Source of the DNA: Lama glama
Taxonomy: Eukaryota
Assembly: GCA_028534125.1 (NCBI GenBank)
Contig: CM052817.1
Coordinates: 28,584,001-28,648,000, forward strand
Reading direction: 5' to 3'
Length of the DNA stretch: 64,000 nucleotides
How positions within the stretch are numbered: position 1 is the first letter of the stretch; each line of letters begins with the position of its first letter. A model generated the notes under the pieces. That model made no database searches and was not told the origin of the DNA. It saw nothing but the letters and a program-made list of their open reading frames with translations. Positions 38,566 to 50,830 of this stretch are shown here, in pieces. The translations under genes and the position numbers were made by a program.

Positions 38566-40287
38566 TAAGTGAATAAAAGATAGACCAAAAACCTCTGCCT
38601 TCATATAATGTACATTCTAGTGGGGAGATGAAGTGCATAAGTACCAAATATAGAATATCAATTCAATTCTTCAGAGAAAAATAAAGCAGGGTCAGAGCAG
38701 GGATAGTGGTGGGGTTGGGGAGGCTATTCTAGATGTGCTCCTCAGAGAAGGCTCTGAATTAGGACCAGCTATGTTGACACCTGGGGGTTCCAGGCAAAAA
38801 GAAGCGTGAAGGCCATAGTCAAAATCAGGTTTGTTGAGTTTGAGGCAACCAGTATGGGTGGAAAGGGGTAAATAATGGGGGAAAAGGAAGGAGGTAAAGT
38901 CAGAGTGATAGCCAGGGCCACATTTTGTTAGAGTGACTTCTTTTGGGTTTTAGAATGCATTTGAAAGTCATTTTGAAATGTCTGTAGTCAGATCACTGGA
39001 CACCTTCCTACTTTGCTCTCTTTATATAAATTTCATAACATGTGTCTATAAATATTTTGAAAATATTTTTCAGAGGAGTAATACTATTTTCAAAAAAACC
39101 TAACTTCCTTTCACATCTGACCTTAAATTTGGAAAAACTTTATTTTGTCTTAATTTTCTTTATTTTGATATTTGATATTCTTGACTGAAACCAACTCGCT
39201 TTTACATTAACCACATTGAATTAACGTGTTCCTTCCAAGCAGTTTTTATGCTGTAAATAGATCTATAGATTTGATTGTATATTGATGTATGAGTCATTTT
39301 ACCATCTTCTCATAATAGGGTGTCCTTAGCTCATTTGAATATTTCTCTTAATGAGGTACCCAGAATGGAATAAATTATTCTCACTATAGTCTTAAGGATA
39401 ACTTAATCCAAAAGCTTTTAGCATGTATTGGTCCCAAAAGAGTGTTTTGCTTTGATGTAGAAACAGAAGTTATGTTCATTGTTGTTGCAGTCCTTGTCTT
39501 TCCATTAAAGCAACGTGCATGTTTAAAATAGATCTCTTAGTAGTTTTTCCTTCAACTACATGTTTAACAAAAGTTTATTTTGCTGTAGTATTCTGTTCTT
39601 GTTTTAAGACCTTTGATTAAGAGTCCTAATTTGAGAATTCAATGTTAATTTACTAAATTCTATATTTCTTTGATATTACTAGTCCTCATTATGGATTATA
39701 ATGTCTCATAATTTATTTACTAATCTCACTGAGATTGTATGCACTTGGTCTTCCAGATAACTTATAGGAATGTCCAGTAAGGCCTTTTACCAATTTGCAT
39801 AAGATTTTACCTCATTACACAGTATGAAAAATATTGTTTTTCATTCAATTGTATGTAACATAACATTTATTGGAATAATCACCAAAGATCATTAAAAATA
39901 GCCCCTTTGCCTTGGGAATATCTAAGTGGGAAGCCTTCAAAGGAAACCCAAGAGGAGTAGGCAGAGCACATAGCTATTGTACTCAGGTGTTGGCCATTAG
40001 CTCTGCTGAAGAACTAACTCAAGAACTGTCCTGCAGACAGGACAAAGAGATTTCATTTAAGGTTTTAAAAGGAGAAGGTCCTCTGCAGGGGAAGCAGACA
40101 GATTTGAGATGAATACGGAGTCAGGGGGAAGAACTTTCTCATACCACTGTTGTGGAAAAGCAAAAGATACTGGTGTTATCACATCCATGAGCCAGACTGC
40201 ATGTGATGGGAATACGACTGTGTGCCAGGCACTAGGGACACAGGATGGATAGGATGGACCTGTTCCCAATGGGGTGAGTTTCGTAAG

Positions 40288-40460
40288 TCAGCGTTTCCCC
40301 ACCATGACTGCGCTTAGGATCATTTGGAAACTTGTAACAATTTTAATGCTGGATTCCAAAGCCCAGAGTTTCTGATTCAAACTGGTACAGTACCTAGTCA
40401 GCAGGGCTTTTTAATACTCTCTAGGTGATCCAAATGTATAGCCAGGGTTGAGAACCACTT
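40288..40460. mobile_element. MER5-type hAT MITE
   Basis: 'cccagagtttctgattca..aggtgatccaaatgtatagccagggttgagaaccact'. Confidence 0.75.
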
Positions 40461-40831
40461 TCTTAGCAACAGAATTATTTATTATAAAATGTATATGTTT
40501 TACTCAATTTGCTCTGGACTAATATTTGATTTTATATTTTAGCTTAAAATTTAATGCATCATTCTAAAAGCCAAAGTTTTTTTTAATTAATTTGATATTG
40601 GTGGATATGTTCTCTATTTATTCATTGATATTTAAAAGCAAAAAATATTATTATAGTTCTCATTAAAACACTAAGACTAAATGTTTAACACTAAGAAATC
40701 AGTTATAGGAAAATTAGTAAATACAGATGAAAACTGTGGATTTGGACTACTGGTGAACTAGTATACTTCACTCTTGGAATAGTGGTAAGAAATATAGAAA
40801 AGTTACAAATACATAAATGAAAATTATATTA

Positions 40832-41179
40832 CAGTTGACTCTTGAACAACATGAATTTAAACTGTACAGTGCACATATATGTGGATTTTTTTCAATGAAT
40901 ACATATGTATACTGTAAATGTATTCTCTCTTCCTTACAATTTTCTTAATAACATTTTCTTTCTCCAGTTTATTGTAAGAATACAGTATACAATTCATATA
41001 ACATTCACAGCATGTGTTAATTGAAACACATAAAACAAAGTGTTTATGTTATTGATAAGGTTTCTGGTCAACAGGAGGCTTTTAGTAGTTTAAGTTTTGT
41101 GGGAGTCAAAAGCTACACAGAGATTTTGGACTGTCTGAGCACTGGTGCCCCTAACCTCTATGTGTTCAAGGGTCAACTG
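40832..41179 (+). mobile_element. Tigger2a-like MITE
   Basis: TIRs cagttgactcttgaaca / tgttcaagggtcaactg with TA on both sides. Confidence 0.9.
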
Positions 41180-41789
41180 TATATCAAAATAGTTGTTATG
41201 ATAAGAAATTAAATAATGAAAAACAACCAAAAGTAAACTTTTTTTAGAAAAACAGAATTACAGTTTAAATTGTAAACGAGCTTTCAGCTTAAGAGTTGAA
41301 TTGCATACTCCACTCTGCCAAAATCCAATTAAAATCATATGAAGTCATGAAAAATGAGCAAAAGTTACATGAGTTGACAGATACAAAACTTTCAGTATAG
41401 TCTCTGATACTTATTAGGTGCTCAGAAGTGTGACATGTTATTAATGATATTATCATCATTCATGATGGCACTAAGAAACAGAAATATTGCTGGATTGGAA
41501 CGCTGATGACTTTCTGGGAGGTAGAAAATGATTGCTATCATATAGATAATTGCAGCTCAAAACACACAAAGAAGAAGTTGTCACCAGCTATAAGGGATCA
41601 CTTTTCTACCAAAACAGTGATGTGGCTCCCAGTTTTGAGCAAGCAGGTGCAGAGGGAAAAAAAGGAACAGCTAGAAATCAAGTTGGTAAAAGAAAGGGCT
41701 GACACATGGCAGTTGTTCAAGTGATACTGCTCTCGCTCCTCTCACTCCTGAATGTAGCAGCAGCAGAGAATCCAGGGAAAACCTTGACA

Positions 41790-42620
41790 AACTAAAGAAT
41801 GAAGGAGATATTCCTAACCTGATACGAGGAAGCCACAAACCATATAAAGCAAGCTTCGTACTTAATAGTGAAACTTCCCAAGTGCTCTCTAAGAAATCAG
41901 GAAAATAGACAAGGATGTGCCCTACCAACACTTCTGTTCTATATTACACTGGACATCCTAGGTCAAACAGTAACGCACCTAATAGCAATATAACGTCTGC
42001 TTGGAAATGAGGACACAGAACTCTCATTATTCACAGATGATATGCATGTACTTAGAAAATCAAATAGCATAAATAAATAAATAATTAGAATTAATACATT
42101 TATTAAGATTGCTGTTACAAAACCAGTTATTTTAATCAATCAATTGTCTATCTACCAGCATCAAAGAATTAGAAAATACAATTTAAAAAATATGTTATTT
42201 CAAATAGCTCAAAAATATAAAAGGGACTGTATGTAATGAGGAAAACTTTATAATATACTGAGTCACCATAAAGATCCAAAGTATAGCTATCTATTATGTT
42301 TAGGGATTGCAAGACTAAATACACTAAAGTTGCCAATTCTCCCTAAAATTATGTATAAATTTAGTAAAATCCTAATAAAACATGTGTGTGTGCATGTGTG
42401 TGTACAACCTACAAGCCAACTCTAATACGTATTTAAAAATGGAAATTTTAGGAATAACAAAAGCCCCTCTCAAAGAAAAATAAAATGTTGGGAGAACTTG
42501 ATCTAATGGATTGCAGATTTATAGAAATAAGTAATACAGAGTAACATTGGTTCTACAATAGAAACACAGACCAATGGAATGAATAAAGAACCCAGAAATA
42601 GAATGAATGAACGAATATGT
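41790..42620 (+). mobile_element. Old L1M ORF2 (reverse transcriptase region) fragments
   Basis: 'tctctaagaaatcaggaa..agacaaggatgtgccct', 'cattattcacagatgatatg', 'acagaccaatggaatgaata..ccagaaatag'. Confidence 0.75.
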
Positions 42621-45194
42621 GATTTTCATTATAAACTTTCTGTGACCCTCTGATAAAACTGAAAATAAAATAATTGTTTTAAAAAATTCTATCTCAACCA
42701 AAAATCACTTTATAGTATAACATGGACAAATGAGATTCTTCTTGAAACTTATTTTTCTTAAATTATTTGGAATATTTTAAAAGTCTCAAAAAATTAAAGA
42801 ATGATAATTTCTCAGAAAGAGAGATAAAATGAAGTTTCTGGGAAGCACCAAGGGAAGCACTGAACTTTCAGCCTTGGCTTTATGAAGTGGCAGAGAAGGC
42901 AGCTGCAGTCAGAGGCTGCACTTGGAGAATGGACGAGTGAAACAGCCTTAATGCTCCAGGGGGGAATAAAACAAGTCAGCTACTCTGGGAGTTGAAACAA
43001 AAAGGTGATTTTTGAGTCTGGATAGTGTGTCTGTAAAACAAGACCATGAACATGGGAAGTAATGATATTTACACATAAGGCATAATCTTCTGTTGTGTGA
43101 GTAATGCTGTGAACATCACTAACGAGCCGATGCAGGTAAGAAAAAGCATGAGCCATCATCCCAAGAATGGGATCCAGGAAGAATCTCCAATGCATTGGTT
43201 AGAAAAGGCTAACTTTGGCAGAAAGGCATATGTGGGAATCTCTTGGATGACTGTTGCATTGCAATGATGAAAGATTCTAGTCATTACCCATGTGCCATCT
43301 ATGATTTTTAAAACCATTTTTGTGTCACTTGTAAGTATATAGTACTTTCAACTTCACACTCCTAATAATACATGCTTGTAAATTGAATTTGGTTTGCTTT
43401 GATATAATTCTACTATGCTATGTTCTTCAGAGTAATGCTTTTACACAGGTAACAGTGTTATCAGCATTGACCTAAATTGGATTTGAATTCAGTGAGTGTG
43501 GTGACTTTATGTCAAATAGTTAGTGTTTTGCCTTTGAGAAGAGAATGTGAACATTTTTAGAGTATGTACTGGGAGACAGTAAATTACGGGAGTACGCGGC
43601 AATGCTGTGACCTTTTCAGGATTCAGTAGTTTGAATAGCTGGTCTTTCTCTCCCACTTGATTAGAGCTCCACTAATCATCAAGAAAGTTAATGCAAGATA
43701 AAACATTTTTTTTAAATGGCACAGCATTAATCCTTTCATATGTCAGAAGTTGGAATGGGAACTGTTAGACATTTGTAACAAATTTCCATGTCTCTGCTGT
43801 AGCTGCAAATCTTTAGACAGCAGCCATTGACTTTGGGAGATGAAATTGTGACCTGATAAAACCTTGGTCCAGCACTTTTTAGAGTTATGGTATATTGCAA
43901 ATGTGCTTGCCATACATAGAGAGTAGACGTGACCTTGGGAATAACATGGAGGTCTCCCTCTCCTGAGCGTCACATACAAACTCAGTCTCTTGAGAATCCT
44001 ACTTACAGTGGTATCCGGTCACATCAATTTTATAATACCTTCCAGTAAGCCACTGCAAATCATAACCCTCAATGGGAGAGAGTTCTTATTTACACTCAGT
44101 GAAGTAACTTATAACAGATATACATCTGTGTTTTACTAGTAGGTAGTTTTTTGTTGGCTATTCAATAAATATTTAGTAATTGAAGAATAGCCAACAAAGA
44201 ACAAAAATTTAGTGTTTCAAATATTGTAGGTTTTCATTCATAGTCATTTTTTTAGGATCGTGGAAATTATTTCACTGACCAGTTTTTTCCAAAAATATTT
44301 AGAGTTAACGTAAGTTAATTTATATTTCAACACATTGAGGAACACAGTAAATTGTAAATGAATATTCCCTTTTTGTTTTTGAGTATACTGTAATAATCAT
44401 CAGTAGGTAAGATTCGGGCCTTTGTTGCAGGATCTACTCAATACACTTTTTGTTTATAGCAAACTTTTAAATGACTGATGCAGAGCAGGCACCCAAGAAA
44501 TGTACGGACAGTATGTGACTGAAGGATGAATAAGAGAATGAGAACACAAGGATAATTACACTGTTAAAATGTATTCACTGTTTTCATGATATTATCAAGT
44601 TAGCATGAAATTGCTTTTAGCTGTGTTACAGATTTGTAAAGTAGAAGGACCAATATTTATTTACCGTTAAGAGAGTATACAGATGGATACATATAAACGA
44701 TTACTCATAGAAGAGTTAGTTCATTAGTTAGTCAGTTAATGAGGATAATGTTAATTACCTGTGGTTTCAATAAATGACCACAGTAAAATGAATTGAGAGC
44801 AAACCAGATGTCTCAGTTGAAAGTGTTGTTTTTCCATATTTTAATGTAGACATAATTTTCCAATCCTTTCTTAAAGATGGGAAGTCATAACATCTTTTTA
44901 TTGTTGTTGAAAAACACTTTTCAGCCTATCTGCATTTTCTCAAATCAGAGTTGATACTAGATTACTGGCACTAACGGTTGTTCTTTTCCTGATCTCTATG
45001 GATTCTTAGATTAATAATATAAACTCTAATTCAAGTAAATAAGTCTCAGTATGATTGAAAACTAAGCCTGTATATCTGATTTTTTCCTGTATATCTATTG
45101 CAAGATAACAATTTTTCATAAGAATACTTTGCATCTAAAAGGTGCAAATAAGTGTTTATTTAATGAAAAAATGTTTTATGTATCCAGAATATAG

Positions 45195-45440
45195 TATAAT
45201 TCATTATTCATTGTTCCATTCAAAAAACATTTATGAGGTGTCAAGTATGTGTCAAAGTTACAATAGATACTAGAAACACCCTGTTAAAGCAGAAAAGTGA
45301 CCTGTTAGTTAACATTCCAGTTGGTAAAAGTAGAATGTAAACAAATACAAAATTAACGAGTAAGACAATCTCTGCGGATGAAAAATTTATGAAGGCAACA
45401 AATGTGGGCAATATGAAAGAAAATAATGGGGCTTGCACTA
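45195..45440 (-). mobile_element. L2 3' end fragment
   Basis: 'ccattcaaaaaacatttatgag..tatgtgtcaa'. Confidence 0.5.
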
Positions 45441-47499
45441 TATTTCTGTATGTTCATTTAGCAAATTAAAGATAACTTTACTATTTTTAAGTCTATAGAC
45501 AAGGAAAATAATTATAACAGAGGATAAGTCAATAAAAGTTCATCAAAATTGCTTGCAATTGAATTTGCTAAAACTGGCATATCCTCAATGGTTAATCTTG
45601 TTAAGTTAAGTGTAATTTAGTGGTGCTCTTAGAGTATTGCCTTATTTTAATAAATAATAATTCAATTTGCACTTTAAATATTAAAAAAAAAGCTAGTGAC
45701 TTCTCTTACAGAATAAGGTTAAGAGTTTTATGTGGATTTATCCAGCAATGTTATTTCAGTCATCAAGGGTCTCTTCAATTTTATGTTTTTCTCTTCTAGT
45801 GATATGCCATTGGAGGTGACATACCCATGTAAATAGCTGAAATGTGGATTAAAATACTAGCAGCCTGATCTGCTCTAGATATCTGTAATTATGCTGATCT
45901 GAAAAATACGGCTAAAAATACTGAATTCTACATAAAATTACACAAATTTGGTAGTCAGCCAGATTCATCAATTTAAAGATAGGGAAATAGATAATATTTT
46001 AAGAGAAATTCAAAATCACTAAATAGATTTTTTTTTTTAAGTTTCAGACAGGGTGCTTACTTTCTACGTAAAGTAAGGTGCTAGAGAACCTGCCACCCCT
46101 TTCTCCTTGGACACTCTAGCACTCTGATTAGTCAAAACTGGGCTCAGACAAACTTGGATATTATTGCTTAAGTATTTGTGCAGAATTCACTTTAGGAAAA
46201 ATAATTTCTATCCCACTGATGTCAAATCATACTCTTTATGGGGATCAGTTCCAAAGAGATCAACTGTAAACCAGAGCTGGGGCTCTGACTAACTATAAAT
46301 AGAGTGATAACTGCATCCACAAGGACTGTATGGGGATCATCCTCTTATTTCTTACTGAACTCAAGATTATCTTGAGCGTTTTCCCTTAGGTGAACATTTA
46401 TGAAAGCTGACAAAATGTAGAAGAGAACATCACATAACTAGTGGCATTAGAAAGGAGAGAGGGGAAGAAGAAAAAGTGAGAAAGGAGAGAGAGAAAACAG
46501 CTCTGTTATTCTCGAGATCATTTAAAAAACTCAATTATTCCATTCCTACCTTACTTCTCTATGTCTCTGATTAAGATTTTCTCTGACAATGTGGGAATTT
46601 TCCTAGCTGGGAATTCACCTTAAGTAGCTGTTGTCATTTTAAGTTGTGCAGACTGTCATTTAAAAGTTTGAAGAATTTCTATTCACCAAGTGTTAAAACT
46701 TGAATTTATCTTTGTGCCATTTCCCTTTGGACAGTGAAAGATAAATCACTCTGTAGAACCTTGTGAGTTAGGCAAGACCTTAATGCAGGGAAGCAACTGA
46801 AAGGAAGAATTTATGGATCAAACATTTAAGTGTTATATTTAGTCACTTAAATTTACTGTTTATTGTAGCAGATTTATATCCCTGCATAGGCTTCACTTAG
46901 ATTAATGCTTGTCTGTTTGTTTTTTCCTAAAGAAGAGTTTATAAACTATCCTAAGGCTTGTTCTGACAGAGTTGGACATGCTACTGTTCCTGGGGTACCT
47001 GAAATGTAGACCCTTGAAACAATAGGATTTCCAGACCCGATAGCTCTTCACCTTCTTTCCCAGGGGACTTGGTAAAAACAACCTGGCTAGCTGAGAAAAC
47101 AACCTGCCGACCACCACACCTTACTCAGAATGACGATGAATCAGGCTCATAGGACACTGATGCTATTATTTCTGACTGAATTTCTTAGATAATGGGAAAA
47201 CGCACTCTGTTGAATTATTTTTTCTGGTAACTTTTACAAAACCATACCCATGCTGTTATGCACAGCTGTACAATATGTGCGCTGTGAAAAAGCACTCTGG
47301 GAAGAGATAGAGGTTGAAATGCAGCCTGACACATCCTTGTTTTGTTTGCACAGTGTAGGTTCTACTCACTGAGCTGGGAACCATGTGGATCTGATCCTCT
47401 GAGGGGCACCATTTTCTCTTTGCCTGAACAAGATGTCTTTCAGATTCAACATGAACCTGGGATATACTTGCTGAAGCCCTGACTGCACTCTTGTGGATA

Positions 47500-47990
47500 G
47501 ATTTACAACATAGTTTGAAATAAGAAGGTGATGCCTCCAGCTTTGTTCTTATTTTTCAGGACTCCTTCGGCTCTTTGGAGTCTGTGTTTCCATAACAGTT
47601 TTAGGATTTTTTTTTCTATTTTTGTGAAAAATGCCATTGGAATTTTGATAGGGGTTGCTTTGAATCTGTAGATGGCTTTGGGTAGTACTGACATTTTGAC
47701 AGTGCTAATTATTCTGAGCCACAAACGCACATTATCTTTCCATTGTTTGTGTCTTCAATTTCTTTCATGAGAGTCCTATAGTTTTCATTGTACAGATCTT
47801 TCACCTCCTTGGCTAAATTTATTATTGAATATTTTATTGTTATTAGTGTTCTTATGTGTGAAATTGTTTTCTTTATTTCTTTTTTCACCTATTTTGTTAT
47901 GATTATTATATTAGAGATGCAACTAATTTCTGTATGTTGAATGAATTTTACTGAATCAGTTGCTTAGTTCTAATGTTTTTTGTTTGAGTC
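47500..47990 (-). mobile_element. L1MA/MB ORF2 fragment
   Basis: ORF 47503-47730 [33 protein letters not shown] is L1 ORF2. Confidence 0.9.
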
Positions 47991-49117
47991 TTATGACACC
48001 ATGATGCTGACATCACTCTCCTCAAGAAGTATTTTTTAATATTATTACTATGAATCAGATCCATTGTAGTTATAGGAATGCAGCAATAAATAATAGGGGA
48101 AGATCTCCTATGAAACTTAATTTCTCCTGAGATTTTTACAATGAACACATTTAAAAATAAATAAACCAGATAATATCAAGTTAATACAAAAAAACAAGTT
48201 GCCAAGTTAATGGATTTTGACCCAGATGGGATATGGAATGGAGGTGCCCATTTACCTAGATTGTTCAGGAAAAATTCTTCAAGAAAAAGGACATGTAATA
48301 TGAGACCTGAATAATATAAGAAAGCAATCATGTGATGATCTTGTGAAGAAGAGTAGAAGAAAGATTCCACGAGTTTGAGTAAAAAGATATGCTTGATTTG
48401 CGTTGACTTCATAGTAATCATTAAAGGAATGAATTATTTCTGCATATTCTTGGCTCCCTACTCTTGAATATTCTGATTGCATAAATCCGAAGAAGCAGAA
48501 TCATTTATATTTCATTTCCACCCTCCTAATTTTTTTTGTTGTTGTTGATTTGCAGAGATAATACAGAGAGGTTATTCAAAATGGAGCTTTATTTTTAATA
48601 CAACTAATACAACTAAGGTAGATCAATTAGGCAATTAGGAGGGAAAATGATGGAAAGATTAAAAAGTCATACCACCTTCAGATACCTACCTCCATAAAAC
48701 AGAAACAATTAGAGTCAATTATAGACAGAGCTGGCTTTTTAATTCATTCCAAAATAAATACTGCAGTTCTACAACTTTGCACATACACCTGAGTACATAA
48801 AATATTTAGAAAATTCTATCTCAGCAAATTTGGAAAGCGCAGTCAATCTTAACTATCTTCCTTTACTTACAAAGATTTAGAGTGCTTTTGAGAGACAGGG
48901 AAAAAGCTATAACTATTATTCTAGATCAAGCCAGGACCATTAAAATGTCTGTCACCTTTACGATAAAAACAAAGATGATCACAAACTGTTTATAGAACTG
49001 AGAAAGTGTCGGTAAGCAAATTGACAGTGTATTTAGATATCTGATGTTTCAAAGGCCAAAGTTTTGCAAGGAAAAGTGTAAATATCTGTTTTCATTAATG
49101 GAACCAAGCACACTTAC

Positions 49118-49150
49118 CTTAAATTCTTTCTGTCAAAATATGACTGCCAC
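49118..49150 (-). other. Candidate 33-bp exon, gene unknown
   Basis: tttgttttattag| acceptor and aag|gtaagt consensus donor; only open frame WQSYFDRKNL. Confidence 0.3.
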
Positions 49151-49466
49151 CTAATAAAACAAACACAGCAAAGCAAATTTTATCAATATCTTCTTGAGAA
49201 AGTATGTTAATTAGTTCATTTATTAAGACTGATATGACTGGTATTTCCATTTCATATTCCCTCTCCTGATTTGTACCTATGTTCCATCACATATATAAAT
49301 ATAACTAGAAGTTACCACATGGATGGGGAACCTGATGGATCTATCATAGGCATTCGAAGCCAGATGAGACAAGGGCTGCCTGGTGAAAGAAATAAGTGTT
49401 ATACACGAAATTGAAAGCTAACTTCTACTTCTGACACTTTCAACAAGTTAATTGTCAAGACGTCCC

Positions 49467-49571
49467 AGAATATGAAAATGAATATATGTATGTATATGCA
49501 TGACTGGGACATTGTACTGCACACCAGAAATTGACACATTGTAACTGACTATACTTCAATTAAAAAAAAAA
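49467..49571 (+). mobile_element. Short L1 3' terminus with A tail
   Basis: 'aatgaatatatgtatgt..caccagaaattgacacattgtaactgactatacttcaattaaaaaaaaaa'; related to the L1 ends at 12600-12690 and 38240-38337. Confidence 0.8.
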
Positions 49572-49827
49572 TCCCAAGTGTAATATATATTTTGTGCCTG
49601 GTGTGTATTGTGATGTCAAGAGCCCAGAGGCTGCTTGGCTAAGAGGATTCAAGAGTTGCTGATAGCAAGAATGTAAAGAGCATGGACTTTGGTATGAAGA
49701 GCATGCCTTTGGAGTAAATTCAAAAGCCAAAATCTGTGAACCATTTGTCCAGCACTCTCTGGTCTAAGATCTCAGATCTCAGTCCCTCTCCATGAAAATG
49801 CTACACTTTTAAAAGGCCACTTAAGCA

Positions 49828-50008
49828 GGGAGGGTGTAGCTCAGTGGTAGAGCGCATGCTTAGCATGCACGGAGTCCTGGGTTCAATCCCCAGTACCACC
49901 ATTAAAAAAATAAATAAACCTAATCCCCTTCTCCATAAAAAAACAAAAAAACAAAAAACTGTCATGAAAAAGAATAGCAAAAGTGATTTAAAAAATGTAA
50001 TAAATAAG
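49828..50008 (+). mobile_element. tRNA-Ala-derived SINE (Vic-1-like) with an extended 3' end
   Basis: gggagggtgtagctcagtggtagagcgcatgcttagcatgcac..ggttcaatccccagtacc, AATAAA repeats, A tail; TSD aaggccact(t/c)aagc at 49813-49826 and 50009-50022. Confidence 0.9.
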
Positions 50009-50089
50009 AAGGCCACTCAAGCTAGAAAGGCAGTTATGATGGTGCAAAATATAAAATCTGAAATAAAATAATCAAGTTTAGTGTCCTGA

Positions 50090-50675
50090 ATGGGATCACA
50101 GACGCATGTGACCTTCACAGGAACCCATGCTCTGGAGGCCCCAAACCTCGGAGTTCATGCTGTGCAGTAGCTGTCTAGAAATTCTTAACTTTATTTTTGA
50201 ATCTGTGTTTTGTAAGTGAAGTCTGATGGGACCATGGAGGACTTCCAGCCTTGGCTCACACACGATCTGCCTCCACGCCCATCCCACCTCCTTGCTTCCC
50301 CTGAGTGGGTTCTCTGCCACTTGCCCCCTCCCAGTATCTGCCATAACTCTCTGCCCATGGTCGGGGAGGAGAGGTGGGGTGTCTAGGTACATGACCCGCC
50401 CCATACTGTTACAGGACCAGGGGGTAGGACTTTCAGGGTCTGCTGCCCTCTTCCCAGGAAATCCCCATGCCCTAAAGAACATGACATCAAATTGCAACAA
50501 CAACAAAACAACAACAACACCACCACAACACCATGACAGCTGGAAAGGGAACCTGTGGAAGAAATGAAGTCTTTTTCCCCCTGAGTTTTGAATACTTTTT
50601 GAATAAGGGGCCTCCCATTTTCACTTTACAATGGGCCTCTCAAATTCCTATGCAGCTAGCCCAGATCTGATCCAT
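50090..50675 (+). mobile_element. hAT-Tip100 element (MER115/MER91-like)
   Basis: 'gaaattcttaa..tgtgttttgtaagtgaagtctgatgggac' and 'tttgaataaggggcctcccattttcacttt..tgggcc'; explains the local GC rise and ORFs 50096-50567. Confidence 0.7.
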
Positions 50676-50830
50676 CGCTTTACTAGCTGTGTGATCCTTG
50701 GCAAATCACGTCCTTGCTCTAAGTTTGCTTCTTCAGCTGTCACCTGTAGGTTATGTTTTCTGTTACACAGTGTTACCAACTCCAAGTGCCATCATTTTCA
50801 TAGGAACACACAGCATCAGGAGGAAACAAT
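50676..50830 (+). mobile_element. MIR fragment
   Basis: 'tactagctgtgtgatccttggcaaatcac..ctctaagttt'. Confidence 0.55.

Larger units (their letters stand above)
37935..38930 (-). mobile_element. L2 interrupted by L1 pieces
   Basis: 'aaatgtttattgagggtcatttatatgctaggccctgt' on the left; 'tacattctagtggggagatg..agaaaaataaagcaggg' on the right. Confidence 0.7.

Noticed and set aside
49828..49901. tRNA-Ala-like gene
   Set aside because: Followed by the SINE tail and A tract, flanked by a TSD, with an altered anticodon; it is a SINE head.
50096..50567. Overlapping 136-aa and 113-aa ORFs
   Set aside because: They lie within a GC-rich hAT-Tip100 element.
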